Shown here: positions 18,414-26,906 of the stretch, in pieces
How positions within the stretch are numbered: position 1 is the stretch's first letter
Layout: each line of letters opens with the position of its first letter
Origin: Thermoproteota archaeon
GTDB lineage: Archaea > Thermoproteota > EX4484-205 > JAAOZP01
Assembly: GCA_049700215.1 (NCBI GenBank)
Contig: JBNAVT010000021.1
Location: 1 to 33,965 of the forward strand
DNA length: 33,965 nt
Reading direction: 5' to 3'
Position numbers and translations under genes: made by a program
Notes under the pieces: model-generated
Seen by the model: only the letters and a program-made list of their open reading frames with translations
Told to the model about the DNA's origin: nothing
Database searches by the model: none

Positions 18414-19065
18414 TCTCCATCACTATGTAGTACTCGCCCTCCTCGACGAGAATATCGAAACCTGGTTCAGACAGAAGGAAGAGAATCAGGATAAAGGTTC
18501 TAGCCATATCCAGTGGCTGTTTGCCTTCTAACAGGGAGCCGAGTGAAACTCTTCCCTCTCGGCTGAGTATCGTGTAAAGAGTGTTTCTGAACTCCTCGAC
18601 TTTCCTCTCAATCTCTCTTATGAAATCATCCGGCTGGGGTACAATAGGTGGAAGCACCTCCTCCTCGGTAACCTTCCTAGAATAAGCCTTTTCAAGCATT
18701 TCAGAGAGCGCTTTTACGAGGCGTTCAAGATCTATGACCGGTTGGGACGGCCTGATCGGAACCTCGATAGGGCTTATTTTCTCGAGAAGCCCTAGGGGAA
18801 CATCCAGCGTCTCATCCCCGTGAAGATCCTCCTTATGCTTAAGCTCAGAGTCTATTGAGAGAAGAGCCTCGGTTTTCCGGAGATAGATTATTGAGGATGC
18901 TAGTAGCACTAGTCCAGAGAGCGTAAACTGCAAGTATCCTTTTTCACGCAGCTCCCCAGATAGTTGCTTCAGAATCCCCGAGATCTTAATATCCCAGGGG
19001 TTTACTCTTCTGAGTTTAATCAGGTCGAACACTATGTCTGTTGCTTCCCGTGCCTCATCCGACAA
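18388..19065 (-). CDS. scpA: Kleisin ScpA
   Basis: VNPWDIKI, SGLVLLASSIIYLRKTEAL, C-terminal ARTFILILFL; overlaps the smc stop. Confidence 0.9.
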   Translation of the reverse strand: MSDEAREATDIVFDLIKLRRVNPWDIKISGILKQLSGELREKGYLQFTLSGLVLLASSIIYLRKTEALLSIDSELKHKEDLHGDETLDVPLGLLEKISPIEVPIRPSQPVIDLERLVKALSEMLEKAYSRKVTEEEVLPPIVPQPDDFIREIERKVEEFRNTLYTILSREGRVSLGSLLEGKQPLDMARTFILILFLLSEPGFDILVEEGEYYIVMENGLQGLGV

Positions 19066-22000
19066 CCGTCGTTTCCTCCAAAGCTTTCCCAGCAGGCATT
19101 TCTATGAACCTGGAGAAACCGTTTTTAACGTAGACACCTATAACCTTGTCAGCCTTGCTCACGACAACATCCCTGAGGGAAACAATTATTATCTGGCTTT
19201 CCCTCGAGACTTCTTTCAACAGCTCCGTCATCCGCTCAATGTTAACGTAATCCAAGTGGGCATCAGGCTCGTCGAAAATGTAAAACGCTGCTGGAAAGAG
19301 TTTTTGCATGGCGAAAACCAGGCATAACGCTGCCACAGACTTCTCTCCCCCGCTCACCCCGCTTATTACCCTTGCTTCCTTCCCCGGGAATCTAACATAC
19401 ACTGTTAACCCGGCTTCAAAAGGCCTTTCAGGATCCTCGAGTTGAAGCCATCCGTCGCCACCAGTCATCTTGTTGAAAAAGGTTGAGAAATACTTGTTTA
19501 TTCTATTCAACCCGTCTAGGAAAGCCTCCCTTTTTCTCTTTTCAATATCCTCCATGAATTCTTGAATGCTCCTTCTCTCCTCCTCAAGCTCATTAATCCT
19601 TTCAAGAGCATTCCTGTAGAAATCAACCTCCTGCTCATACTGGTTGATGGCAAGCATGTTTACTTCCTGAACCTTCTCAAGCTCGCTTCTAAGAATGTTC
19701 AAGTAGTTTTCCGTTACGCTCTCCTTGTCCTCTGAAACTTTAAGTGGCTGACCCGGGATCCTGCTTTTCAACTCCCGAATCCTGTTCTCACTCATCTCCT
19801 TGTCGACCAGCAACCTCCTCTCAACGTCTTTAACCTTGTTGACCTCCGCGTTTAACCCTTCAATCTCCCTATCCAGTTTCCGGATTGTTGCAACCAGGTC
19901 TCTCCTCGTATCTTCAACCTCCTCGCGCACAACCTCCATGTTTCCCCCCATCCTTCCCTTCAAATCCTCAATCTTCGCGTTTAAATCACGAGTCAGACTT
20001 AAAACCTCTCTGTTTTCATCCTTAACCCTGGCGATCTTATCGTTCAGAGCCTTCTCAGCATTCCTATACTCTTCAGCCTTTCTACGCAGATTGACAGCAA
20101 TGTTTTCAATCAGAGTGAGCCTTTTCTTGTAAACTTCTCTATGTCTCTCAAGCCTATTCAATTCCTTTTCGACTAGCCTTATCCTCCTGCGGATCCTCCT
20201 GATGCTTTTCTCCTTAGCCGAGATTAAGGATTTCAGCCTCATCCTTTCCCTTTCAAGCTGACGCTTTTTACCTGCGTCGCTCCTTCTGAATGCTTGGCTC
20301 AGTCTCCGAGACGCTTCTAAATACTCGCTAGTAAGAGTGCCCAACTGTTCTCCCAGCTCCTCCATACGGGAGTCAATAGTGTTCAGATCCTCGGCAAGCC
20401 TGCTTCGAATACTTGACGCTTCAATTATTTTGCTGCTTAAGACTGGTCTCACATGGCTATTCATAGTCTCAAGTATTCCGGATAATTCGCTGGCTTTCTC
20501 GGAGAAGCTTTTCACAACGCTTCTGATGCTTTCAAGCCTCTCCTCAACATTCTCCCTGACCAATCCTCCTTCAAACGTGAAAACCTCGCCGTTTACGGTT
20601 GCCGCCCTAAACCCTCTTCTAGCAAAGACGAGAGCGTCCTCGGCAGTGTTAACTATCACGCTGTTCCAGAAAAGTTTCAGGACGTGTTTCTCAATAATCC
20701 TAGGATATTTAACTAGATCCATTACGTGTCTTCCGCGCTTACTTAGCTCAAACGGTATTTCTTTTCTGTTTGCCTCCCCCTCGGAGGTCAGCACTTTAAT
20801 CCCGACACCCTTCCCCCCAAGAAAGTTCATTAGGAAAAGCATGTCTAGAGAGCTTTTAACGAGAACAGCGTCCATCCAGTCTCCAGCTAGGCTCTCAACA
20901 GCCTTATTCAACTCTTTGGAAAACCAGAGGTTCTCTCTTAAAACTCCGTAAATGCTTAAGCCTTTTTTCTCCGAAACATTTTTCACAAGCTCTAGAGCCC
21001 TCCTTCTTCTCTCATCCTGAATAGCGTAGTCCGCTATTCCAGAGACCTTTGCAAAAAGAATTCTAAACGAATCTAAACTGCTCATCAGGATTTTAACGGT
21101 GTTCACTATTTCATCAAGCATCCTCTTTCTCTCTTCTAAAACCCTGTCGAGATCAGCCAGTTTCTCGACCACCCTGCTTTTCCTAGCCATCTCCATTTTT
21201 CTCCTCCTGCTTAAAGACCCTATCCTCCTCTTGAGGCTTCCATAGTAGGCAACAACCTCCCTCAACATTCTCTCCGAATTCTCCTCCTCAAGCACCAATC
21301 GGTCCAACTCCCTGTTTACAAGCATCAGCCTGTTCGCCACACTGGAAACCTCGTCAGCCTGCTTCCTCTCAGCCTCTTGAAGCTTTTTCTTCTCGCTTAG
21401 AAGGCGAAGAACAAGGGTGTTGATTAAAGAGCGTTTTTCCAGAATGCTTCGGTAATCCGAAGCCAGGCTCACCGTTTTCCTCAGGCTTCTACTTCTCTTC
21501 TGCCTAGTTTTAGACAATTCTTTTTTAATCGTGTTTAGCTCAAGCCGGTTTCTCTCGAGCCTTTCAAAAGCTTCTCTAAGCCTTTTCTCCAAGTCTTTCA
21601 ACTCGTACTGGAGGCGAATCCTCTCCGCGTCGGGAGTTATGGGAGTAGCGGTTTCTAAAAGCTCCTCCATCCTCTCTATAATGCTTCTTTTTTCAGACTG
21701 TTTGGATTCAAGCTCTAATTCAAGCTTGCTTCGCATTGCAACGTTCTCCTCCAGCTTTAGAGATATTTCCTCAAGTTTTCTGGCAAGCCTCCAATACTCC
21801 AACGAGTTAATGATCATCTGCATCCTCTCCACTTCTTTCTCCAGCATTCTTCTCCTAAGCAGAATATTCCTCTCTCTTTCTAATTGAAGCATTCTTCTAT
21901 CAATCTCTTGAAGCCTAGCCTGCGCCACCCTGAGATTATTGTCTGCCTGCTGCAGGTTGCTGAGGGCCTCCGCCTTCTTCTCATCATACTGAGCTAAGCC

Positions 22001-22972
22001 TAGAGCCTGTTCTATCTCTTTTCTCCTCTCCACAGGATTTTTATCAGCCAGCCGTGAAATCTCTCCTTGCGGAATCATGTTGTAGCCTCTTGCAGAAAGG
22101 CCCGTTGAGGAAATAGTGTCTTCAACGACGTTTTTAGAAGTTCTTCTACCGTTTAAATAATATGTGCTTTCCCCATCCCGCCCCATTCTCCTAGCAACCG
22201 TTATAATCTTCTCTTGACCAGGCATTGTCGAGTCACTGTTATCTATAGTTATTTTCACGTATGTCTCCGACTCCCTGCCAGCGTTATCGTTAACCAAGGA
22301 GGAAAGCCTATCCGTCCTAAGAAGCCTAGGGTTGTTCTCCCCAAGCGCGAAACGTATCGCATCGATTAAATTACTGTTATGAACAATCACCCCGTCACCA
22401 GTAACATACGAGCCAACGTTCTCAACATATATGTCATACACTTCTCCCTTCCAGCTTCTCCAAACAATTCTGTTTAAAACGTCGAAGCTAGTTTTCCCAC
22501 CATCCATCACCATTATTCTCACGCCTTCTGAGAGACGTGAAGCCTCCACCCACCTGCGCACCCCGTTACCATAGTCCACCATCAGCCTGTGCTCCGGCGT
22601 TACTTCAACCAGTCTACCGTTTGCCGTCTCAATTTTTAACAAACAACCCTCGTAGGACTTCCTGAACATGGCGCTGACACTGGCTTCAACAACCCTCCTG
22701 AGAAGCGGATTATAGCTTGTCAGCGCCTCTTTTCCACAGGGAACAACGTATTCCCCATCCACCAGCTTGATTCTAACACTCTCCGGAGACAATTCTTCGA
22801 AAAGAGATTCTACAGGCAGCCCTCCCCACGGCTGCTCTATGATCGTCCAGGGAGCCACGCATTTTCCAGAGCCGTTTCTACCGGTTACGACAGTTAGGCC
22901 CCTGCTAAGGTTTATAACCTGTCTGCCGCCTACCGACTTGAAGTTCCTGATTTCAATCCTGGTCAGATGCAA
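19055..22972 (-). CDS. smc: Chromosome segregation protein SMC precursor (1143-aa extein plus 162-aa mini-intein)
   Basis: IEIRNFKS, Walker A GRNGSGK[intein]SN, Q-loop IPQG, long coiled coils, central hinge, VNMLA, signature SGGEKS, Walker B/D-loop FDEPDAHLD. Confidence 0.95.
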   Translation of the reverse strand: MHLTRIEIRNFKSVGGRQVINLSRGLTVVTGRNGSGKCVAPWTIIEQPWGGLPVESLFEELSPESVRIKLVDGEYVVPCGKEALTSYNPLLRRVVEASVSAMFRKSYEGCLLKIETANGRLVEVTPEHRLMVDYGNGVRRWVEASRLSEGVRIMVMDGGKTSFDVLNRIVWRSWKGEVYDIYVENVGSYVTGDGVIVHNSNLIDAIRFALGENNPRLLRTDRLSSLVNDNAGRESETYVKITIDNSDSTMPGQEKIITVARRMGRDGESTYYLNGRRTSKNVVEDTISSTGLSARGYNMIPQGEISRLADKNPVERRKEIEQALGLAQYDEKKAEALSNLQQADNNLRVAQARLQEIDRRMLQLERERNILLRRRMLEKEVERMQMIINSLEYWRLARKLEEISLKLEENVAMRSKLELELESKQSEKRSIIERMEELLETATPITPDAERIRLQYELKDLEKRLREAFERLERNRLELNTIKKELSKTRQKRSRSLRKTVSLASDYRSILEKRSLINTLVLRLLSEKKKLQEAERKQADEVSSVANRLMLVNRELDRLVLEEENSERMLREVVAYYGSLKRRIGSLSRRRKMEMARKSRVVEKLADLDRVLEERKRMLDEIVNTVKILMSSLDSFRILFAKVSGIADYAIQDERRRRALELVKNVSEKKGLSIYGVLRENLWFSKELNKAVESLAGDWMDAVLVKSSLDMLFLMNFLGGKGVGIKVLTSEGEANRKEIPFELSKRGRHVMDLVKYPRIIEKHVLKLFWNSVIVNTAEDALVFARRGFRAATVNGEVFTFEGGLVRENVEERLESIRSVVKSFSEKASELSGILETMNSHVRPVLSSKIIEASSIRSRLAEDLNTIDSRMEELGEQLGTLTSEYLEASRRLSQAFRRSDAGKKRQLERERMRLKSLISAKEKSIRRIRRRIRLVEKELNRLERHREVYKKRLTLIENIAVNLRRKAEEYRNAEKALNDKIARVKDENREVLSLTRDLNAKIEDLKGRMGGNMEVVREEVEDTRRDLVATIRKLDREIEGLNAEVNKVKDVERRLLVDKEMSENRIRELKSRIPGQPLKVSEDKESVTENYLNILRSELEKVQEVNMLAINQYEQEVDFYRNALERINELEEERRSIQEFMEDIEKRKREAFLDGLNRINKYFSTFFNKMTGGDGWLQLEDPERPFEAGLTVYVRFPGKEARVISGVSGGEKSVAALCLVFAMQKLFPAAFYIFDEPDAHLDYVNIERMTELLKEVSRESQIIIVSLRDVVVSKADKVIGVYVKNGFSRFIEMPAGKALEETTVVG
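22376..22861 (-). mobile_element. Mini-intein (no endonuclease) in the SMC Walker A motif
   Basis: Starts CVAPWTIIE after GSGK; block B VEVTPEHRLMV; block F VYDIYVE; ends GVIVHN followed by Ser. Removing it restores GRNGSGKSNLIDAIRF. Confidence 0.93.
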
Positions 22973-23139
22973 CCTCTAAACCCTCTCCGCACTGGCTAAC
23001 GCTATAAGCCTTAGAACAGTATCCACAGGCTTTTTAATGTAACTACCCTCACTCCGAAAACCAGACTCTCTAAAGCCGCTCCCCGGTGTCATAAAGCTTG
23101 GCATAAGCAACCAGGAATAAGTTTTTAAGCATTATTTTA

Positions 23140-23544
23140 ATGAGTCTGGACAGGTTGTCAGTATACCACGGAGACATATTCAAGAGGAAGAGAACCGGGG
23201 GCAAGAGTCACCCTAACAGGGGTAAACGCAAATATGAAATGGGCCGGCCACCGACCCTCACGAGGCTCGGGGAGAATAATGTTGTCGAGAAGACTAGGGT
23301 CAGGGGAGGGAGATTAAAGCTTAGGGTTATTCAGGCTGCCTACGCTAACGTTGCCGTTGAAAAGGATAGGGTTGTAAAGGCTAGGATTCTAGACGTGGTT
23401 GACAACCCTGCGAGCAGGGAATTCGGAAGGATGAAGATAATAACCAAGGGTGCTTTAGTAAAGACTGAAGTGGGTAATGCTGTAGTAACCTCTAAACCGG
23501 GTTCCAACGGGGTTGTGAACGCTAAGCTGGTTTCCGCAAGATGA
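23140..23544 (+). CDS. rps8e: 30S ribosomal protein S8e
   Basis: KRKRTGG, KRKYEMGR, RVRGG, IITKGA, VTSKPGSNGVVNA; the true start may be TTG 23155. Confidence 0.95.
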   Translation: MSLDRLSVYHGDIFKRKRTGGKSHPNRGKRKYEMGRPPTLTRLGENNVVEKTRVRGGRLKLRVIQAAYANVAVEKDRVVKARILDVVDNPASREFGRMKIITKGALVKTEVGNAVVTSKPGSNGVVNAKLVSAR

Positions 23545-23837
23545 AAAGCATTTCTAAGGAACGCTACGTGATGGTTTACCCTCAGTATTTCGACTCCAAG
23601 GCCTCGCGAAAAATGGGTAGGCGTGTCCCCAAGAGCCTGGCGGTTGATTCTCCAAGCCTTGCTAGGGTTGAAGAAGCCTGTAGAAAACTCGGCTTAAAGA
23701 TTATCGTGGAACCCGATAAAGCATACCCGAGGATGAACAATGTTAAGTGTGGAAGGATAATGGTTTTCTGCAAGGATTCTCGGAAGAAGCATGTTGTTGA
23801 AAAAATCGGAAAGGCTATGAAGGGTGATTCTGGTTGA
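23541..23837 (+). CDS. srp19: Signal recognition particle protein SRP19
   Basis: VYPQYFDSKASRKMGRRVPKSLAVDSP, KAYPR, GRIMV. Confidence 0.93.
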   Translation: MKSISKERYVMVYPQYFDSKASRKMGRRVPKSLAVDSPSLARVEEACRKLGLKIIVEPDKAYPRMNNVKCGRIMVFCKDSRKKHVVEKIGKAMKGDSG

Positions 23838-24067
23838 AACGTAAAGGAGTTGTAGAAAACATTCTTAACGAGAGAATTGCCATGGTTAGGCTTGAAGGCC
23901 TGGTTGGCTTAGGCTCGCTCGCCCTAAGCAGGGAAATGAGGCCGGTGGGCAGTGTTACAGACATAATAGGCCCTGTTAAGGAGCCATATGCTGTAGTGGT
24001 TTTGAAAAGAAACGTTAAGAAAGTTGGGAAGGGCGATGTCTTGTTTTTTAAACCTAGAAAAGGTTGA
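23834..24067 (+). CDS. gar1: H/ACA RNP protein Gar1
   Basis: VGSVTDIIGPVKEPYAVV motif; in the rps8e-srp19-gar1 context. Confidence 0.85.
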   Translation: MKRKGVVENILNERIAMVRLEGLVGLGSLALSREMRPVGSVTDIIGPVKEPYAVVVLKRNVKKVGKGDVLFFKPRKG

Positions 24068-24091
24068 GGTGGAGAAATCTCCCCAGTCCCT

Positions 24092-24234
24092 AGCGCACGC
24101 TGCAGGCCAATTATAAAATTGAGTGATTAGCGAGCGCCATCTTAAATGGCATAAGCACGCTCATTAGCGCATGCTAGCCAAAAAATAGTGGATGCCGCTT
24201 CATTCAGACATAAAAACTTGATATGGCGCACGCT
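24092..24234. repeat. Cluster of near-palindromic 10-bp motifs (approx. RGCGCACGCT)
   Basis: AGCGCACGCT 24092, GGCGCTCGCT (minus strand) 24129-24138, AAGCACGCT 24153, AGCGCATGCT 24166, GGCGCACGCT 24225. Confidence 0.55.
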
Positions 24235-24306
24235 TAAAGAATAAAGTTTAAAAACGGACTTCAAGATTTTTTCTCCCAGCCTATTCGCGAGGAGGAAACC
24301 GATAAA

Positions 24307-26103
24307 TTGAAGGTTAAGTCATTCTGTGGCGTGTTTTCTATTGTCGTTCTCTACGTAATCCTTCCTTATTTCGGCCATTTTTGCAGTTGTAACGCATCTT
24401 CTTTGAGTGGAAACGGAGTGATGCTTGTTGCAGAATATACTCTGCAATATACTATAAAGGTGACGTGTAGCGGAAAATATTATCCTGGAAGGACTTCTGT
24501 ACGTGTAGAAATGTTTGACTTACCTGTAGAAACTACTAGCCAACAAGTACAAGTAATGCTGCAACATGGCAGAATAGAGAATTTAGACGGTCAAGAAGCT
24601 TGGGTTATCGAGACGACGGATATCTATACGATGAATTTTTTCACTGGTACTTTCATCGTCAGAGTAAACGTGACGACTCCTTCTGTGCCAAGCCAAACTC
24701 TGGTACCAGTAAGCGGCATGAGCGAGTATCTTTTGCCAGACAAATATGTCACGCTTCATTCTGAAGTAGTCAGCCAAGCAAGGCAATTGGCAAACGGGGC
24801 GAAGAGTATTCCAGAAGTCGTGGCGAAATTCGTCGAATGGATACGAAAGAACATAGCTTATGATATGAAAGTCGGAGTCGGGACACGGTTGACGGATGCT
24901 CAAGTACTATATGTGCGCTCCGGAGTTTGCGACGAGTTCTCAACACTCTTCATAGCCTTTTGCAGGGCAACGGGAATCCCGGCACGCCGCGTCCTAGGAT
25001 ATGGGCTTAATGTGACAGACCCGAGTAAACTCCTTTACAAAGATATTAGTGGATATACCCATAGCTGGGCTGAGGTTTGGATTCCAGACTACGGTTGGCT
25101 TACGGTGGACCCAACGTGGGGCGACATTGGAGACGCGCGCAGGCTCGTGACGAGCAGGAGGTATGAGGGGTATTCTATACGTTATCAGTGGAAAAACGCT
25201 CCCCCGGAGTTCAAAATAACAGACGTCACTTATAGCATAATTCTGACCAACTATAGGGTTGTCGATTACGTTAACACACCAGTCAAATTATCTAAGGAAG
25301 AGTCTGAAGATATGTGGAAGGTTAAGATCGAAAACAATTCCACCATCCCTCTACTATATAACATAACGGTCGAAAGGTGGGATGAGGAAACCAGTCGCTG
25401 GCAACAGTATTCTTCTCAAATAATATTCTTAAATCCCAATATATATTGCTTTCTTAACTTGAGTAAAGAAAACACTTACTGGGTGTACAGCGTATTAGGC
25501 GGAAGCTCGCTAACATTAAGAGTCTATTCGATCTCAATATCTGGACTGGTTTTTGTAGTCGATGGTAGAGAATACAGGGGTTCGATGACCTTCCGCTGGA
25601 GCGAAGGCTCCTCTCATAACATTTCTGTGCCGCAAGTTCTCGAAGAATCAGAAGGTAGAAGGTACGTTTTTCAAAGGTGGAGTGATGGGGACCCATCGCC
25701 ATCGAGGACGATAACGGTCAGGGGTCCAAGATCATATTCAGTATACTTCAAGACCCAATATCTCCTAACAGTCGAGTCTGATCACGGAACTATACGGGGT
25801 TCAGGCTGGTATGATGAAAATTCCGTCGCTACTGTTAGTCTCTATATAGAGGAGGAGCCTGCCGAATTTCCATACGCCTATGTGTTCAAAGGGTGGACTG
25901 GCGATGCATATGGTGAAAGCCTCGAGATACAGGTCGTTATGAATTCTCCAAAGGTATTAATAACTAGGTGGGAAAAGACTTTTAGCAAGGAATTCTACGT
26001 AATCCTAGTTGGAATTGTTGTAATAGTGTTTATCATATCCCTTTCACTATTCTTAAGGAAAAGAGCAAGACCTCCGCCACCTCCTCCACCCTTCATCTTC
26101 TAA
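24307..26103 (+). CDS. Secreted, membrane-anchored transglutaminase-like (Cys-His-Asp) protein
   Basis: Hydrophobic N-terminal signal; GVCDEFS...GIPAR, HSWAEVW, WLTVDPTW; two beta-rich repeats (YVFQRWSDG, YVFKGWTGD); C-terminal TM helix then RKRARPPPPPPPFIF. Confidence 0.88.
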   Translation: MKVKSFCGVFSIVVLYVILPYFGHFCSCNASSLSGNGVMLVAEYTLQYTIKVTCSGKYYPGRTSVRVEMFDLPVETTSQQVQVMLQHGRIENLDGQEAWVIETTDIYTMNFFTGTFIVRVNVTTPSVPSQTLVPVSGMSEYLLPDKYVTLHSEVVSQARQLANGAKSIPEVVAKFVEWIRKNIAYDMKVGVGTRLTDAQVLYVRSGVCDEFSTLFIAFCRATGIPARRVLGYGLNVTDPSKLLYKDISGYTHSWAEVWIPDYGWLTVDPTWGDIGDARRLVTSRRYEGYSIRYQWKNAPPEFKITDVTYSIILTNYRVVDYVNTPVKLSKEESEDMWKVKIENNSTIPLLYNITVERWDEETSRWQQYSSQIIFLNPNIYCFLNLSKENTYWVYSVLGGSSLTLRVYSISISGLVFVVDGREYRGSMTFRWSEGSSHNISVPQVLEESEGRRYVFQRWSDGDPSPSRTITVRGPRSYSVYFKTQYLLTVESDHGTIRGSGWYDENSVATVSLYIEEEPAEFPYAYVFKGWTGDAYGESLEIQVVMNSPKVLITRWEKTFSKEFYVILVGIVVIVFIISLSLFLRKRARPPPPPPPFIF

Positions 26104-26178
26104 TATTGTGATCGGCTTACACAATCAAATGAATTTTTTAGCGTGCCCTCCAAAATCCAAGCCTAGTGTGCTAGGTGA

Positions 26179-26271
26179 CTGACCCCTGAAGAGGTTAAAG
26201 AACTGCTTGAAACAGGCTTTGAATACGCGTGCGAAAAGAATGACCTAATGTTTTTCAGGAGGCGTAAGTGA
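26179..26271 (+). pseudogene. C-terminal fragment resembling archaeal tyrosine integrase tails
   Basis: LTPEEVKELLETGFEYACEKNDLMFFRRRK-stop, immediately preceded by an in-frame TGA. Resembles the EEAxxLxExGFEYV...FRKRK tail I recall from Bathyarchaeia-type site-specific integrases. Confidence 0.6.
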
Positions 26272-26492
26272 AATGATAAGTGCACGCAGCTTGAGCATCC
26301 TGAAGAAAACGGGGCTGGTCTTCCCCTACGGGTCTGAAACCCTAGCCAAATCCCTTAAAACCCGGGCAGAGACAAGACTTAGGCCACTATGGCTTTATGC
26401 TCTAAACTATGCCTTTCAACCTAGAAAAGCATAGGGATCGGAAAACCTTTATAGCTTAGAAACACTATTATCATAGTGGTGATAAAGCCCCA

Positions 26493-26906
26493 GTGGTCAG
26501 AAAAGTCTCGAGAAGATACAGGCTTGAGGGAAAGGTCCTTAACATCATAATGCGTTCCAAGGACGGGGTGGTGCAGACAGACCTATACAAGATGCTTAAC
26601 ATCTCAAGCAGGGAAGGCTCAAGAATATGCTTGAAACTAGAGTCCTGGGGGCTGATAAAGAGGGAGAAAGTTCTCCACAAGGAGAGGTGGACCTATAAGC
26701 TGTATTCGACACGCAGAGTTCCTAAGATAGATTCTTTGAAGGGTTCACCATGCTTCGCATGCCCACATTTCAACAGGAGTTGCGCGTCAGGCTCTGCAAT
26801 AAGCCCTGAACGGTGTGAACTATTAGACAAGTGGATACTTACGATTGGCGTCGGGGGAGCGGATGTTGAAGTCAAAGAGGCGGTGGCTTCAAGAGAGGAA
26901 ACGTGA
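26493..26906 (+). CDS. Transcription factor E beta subunit (archaeal RPC34/RPC39 homolog; wHTH plus Fe-S domain)
   Basis: wHTH GVVQTDLYKMLNISSREGSRICLKLE...REKVLHKERWTY and Cys cluster PCFACP...C...SPERC..L..W; near trm1. Confidence 0.8.
   Translation: MVRKVSRRYRLEGKVLNIIMRSKDGVVQTDLYKMLNISSREGSRICLKLESWGLIKREKVLHKERWTYKLYSTRRVPKIDSLKGSPCFACPHFNRSCASGSAISPERCELLDKWILTIGVGGADVEVKEAVASREET

Larger units (their letters stand above)
24051..26429. mobile_element. Putative degenerate integrated element after gar1
   Basis: Direct repeat AACCTAGAAAAG at 24051-24062 and 26418-26429; contains a cargo gene and an integrase-tail relic; interrupts a housekeeping cluster. Confidence 0.5.

Noticed and set aside
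13958-21887. Long Ser/Leu/Phe-rich antisense ORFs opposite the coiled-coil gene and smc
   Set aside because: Expected shadows of Glu/Lys/Arg-rich codons.
26272-26340. Possible C/D box sRNA (ATGATAA...CTGA...CTGA)
   Set aside because: No C' box and the spacers are too long; better explained as mobile-element debris.
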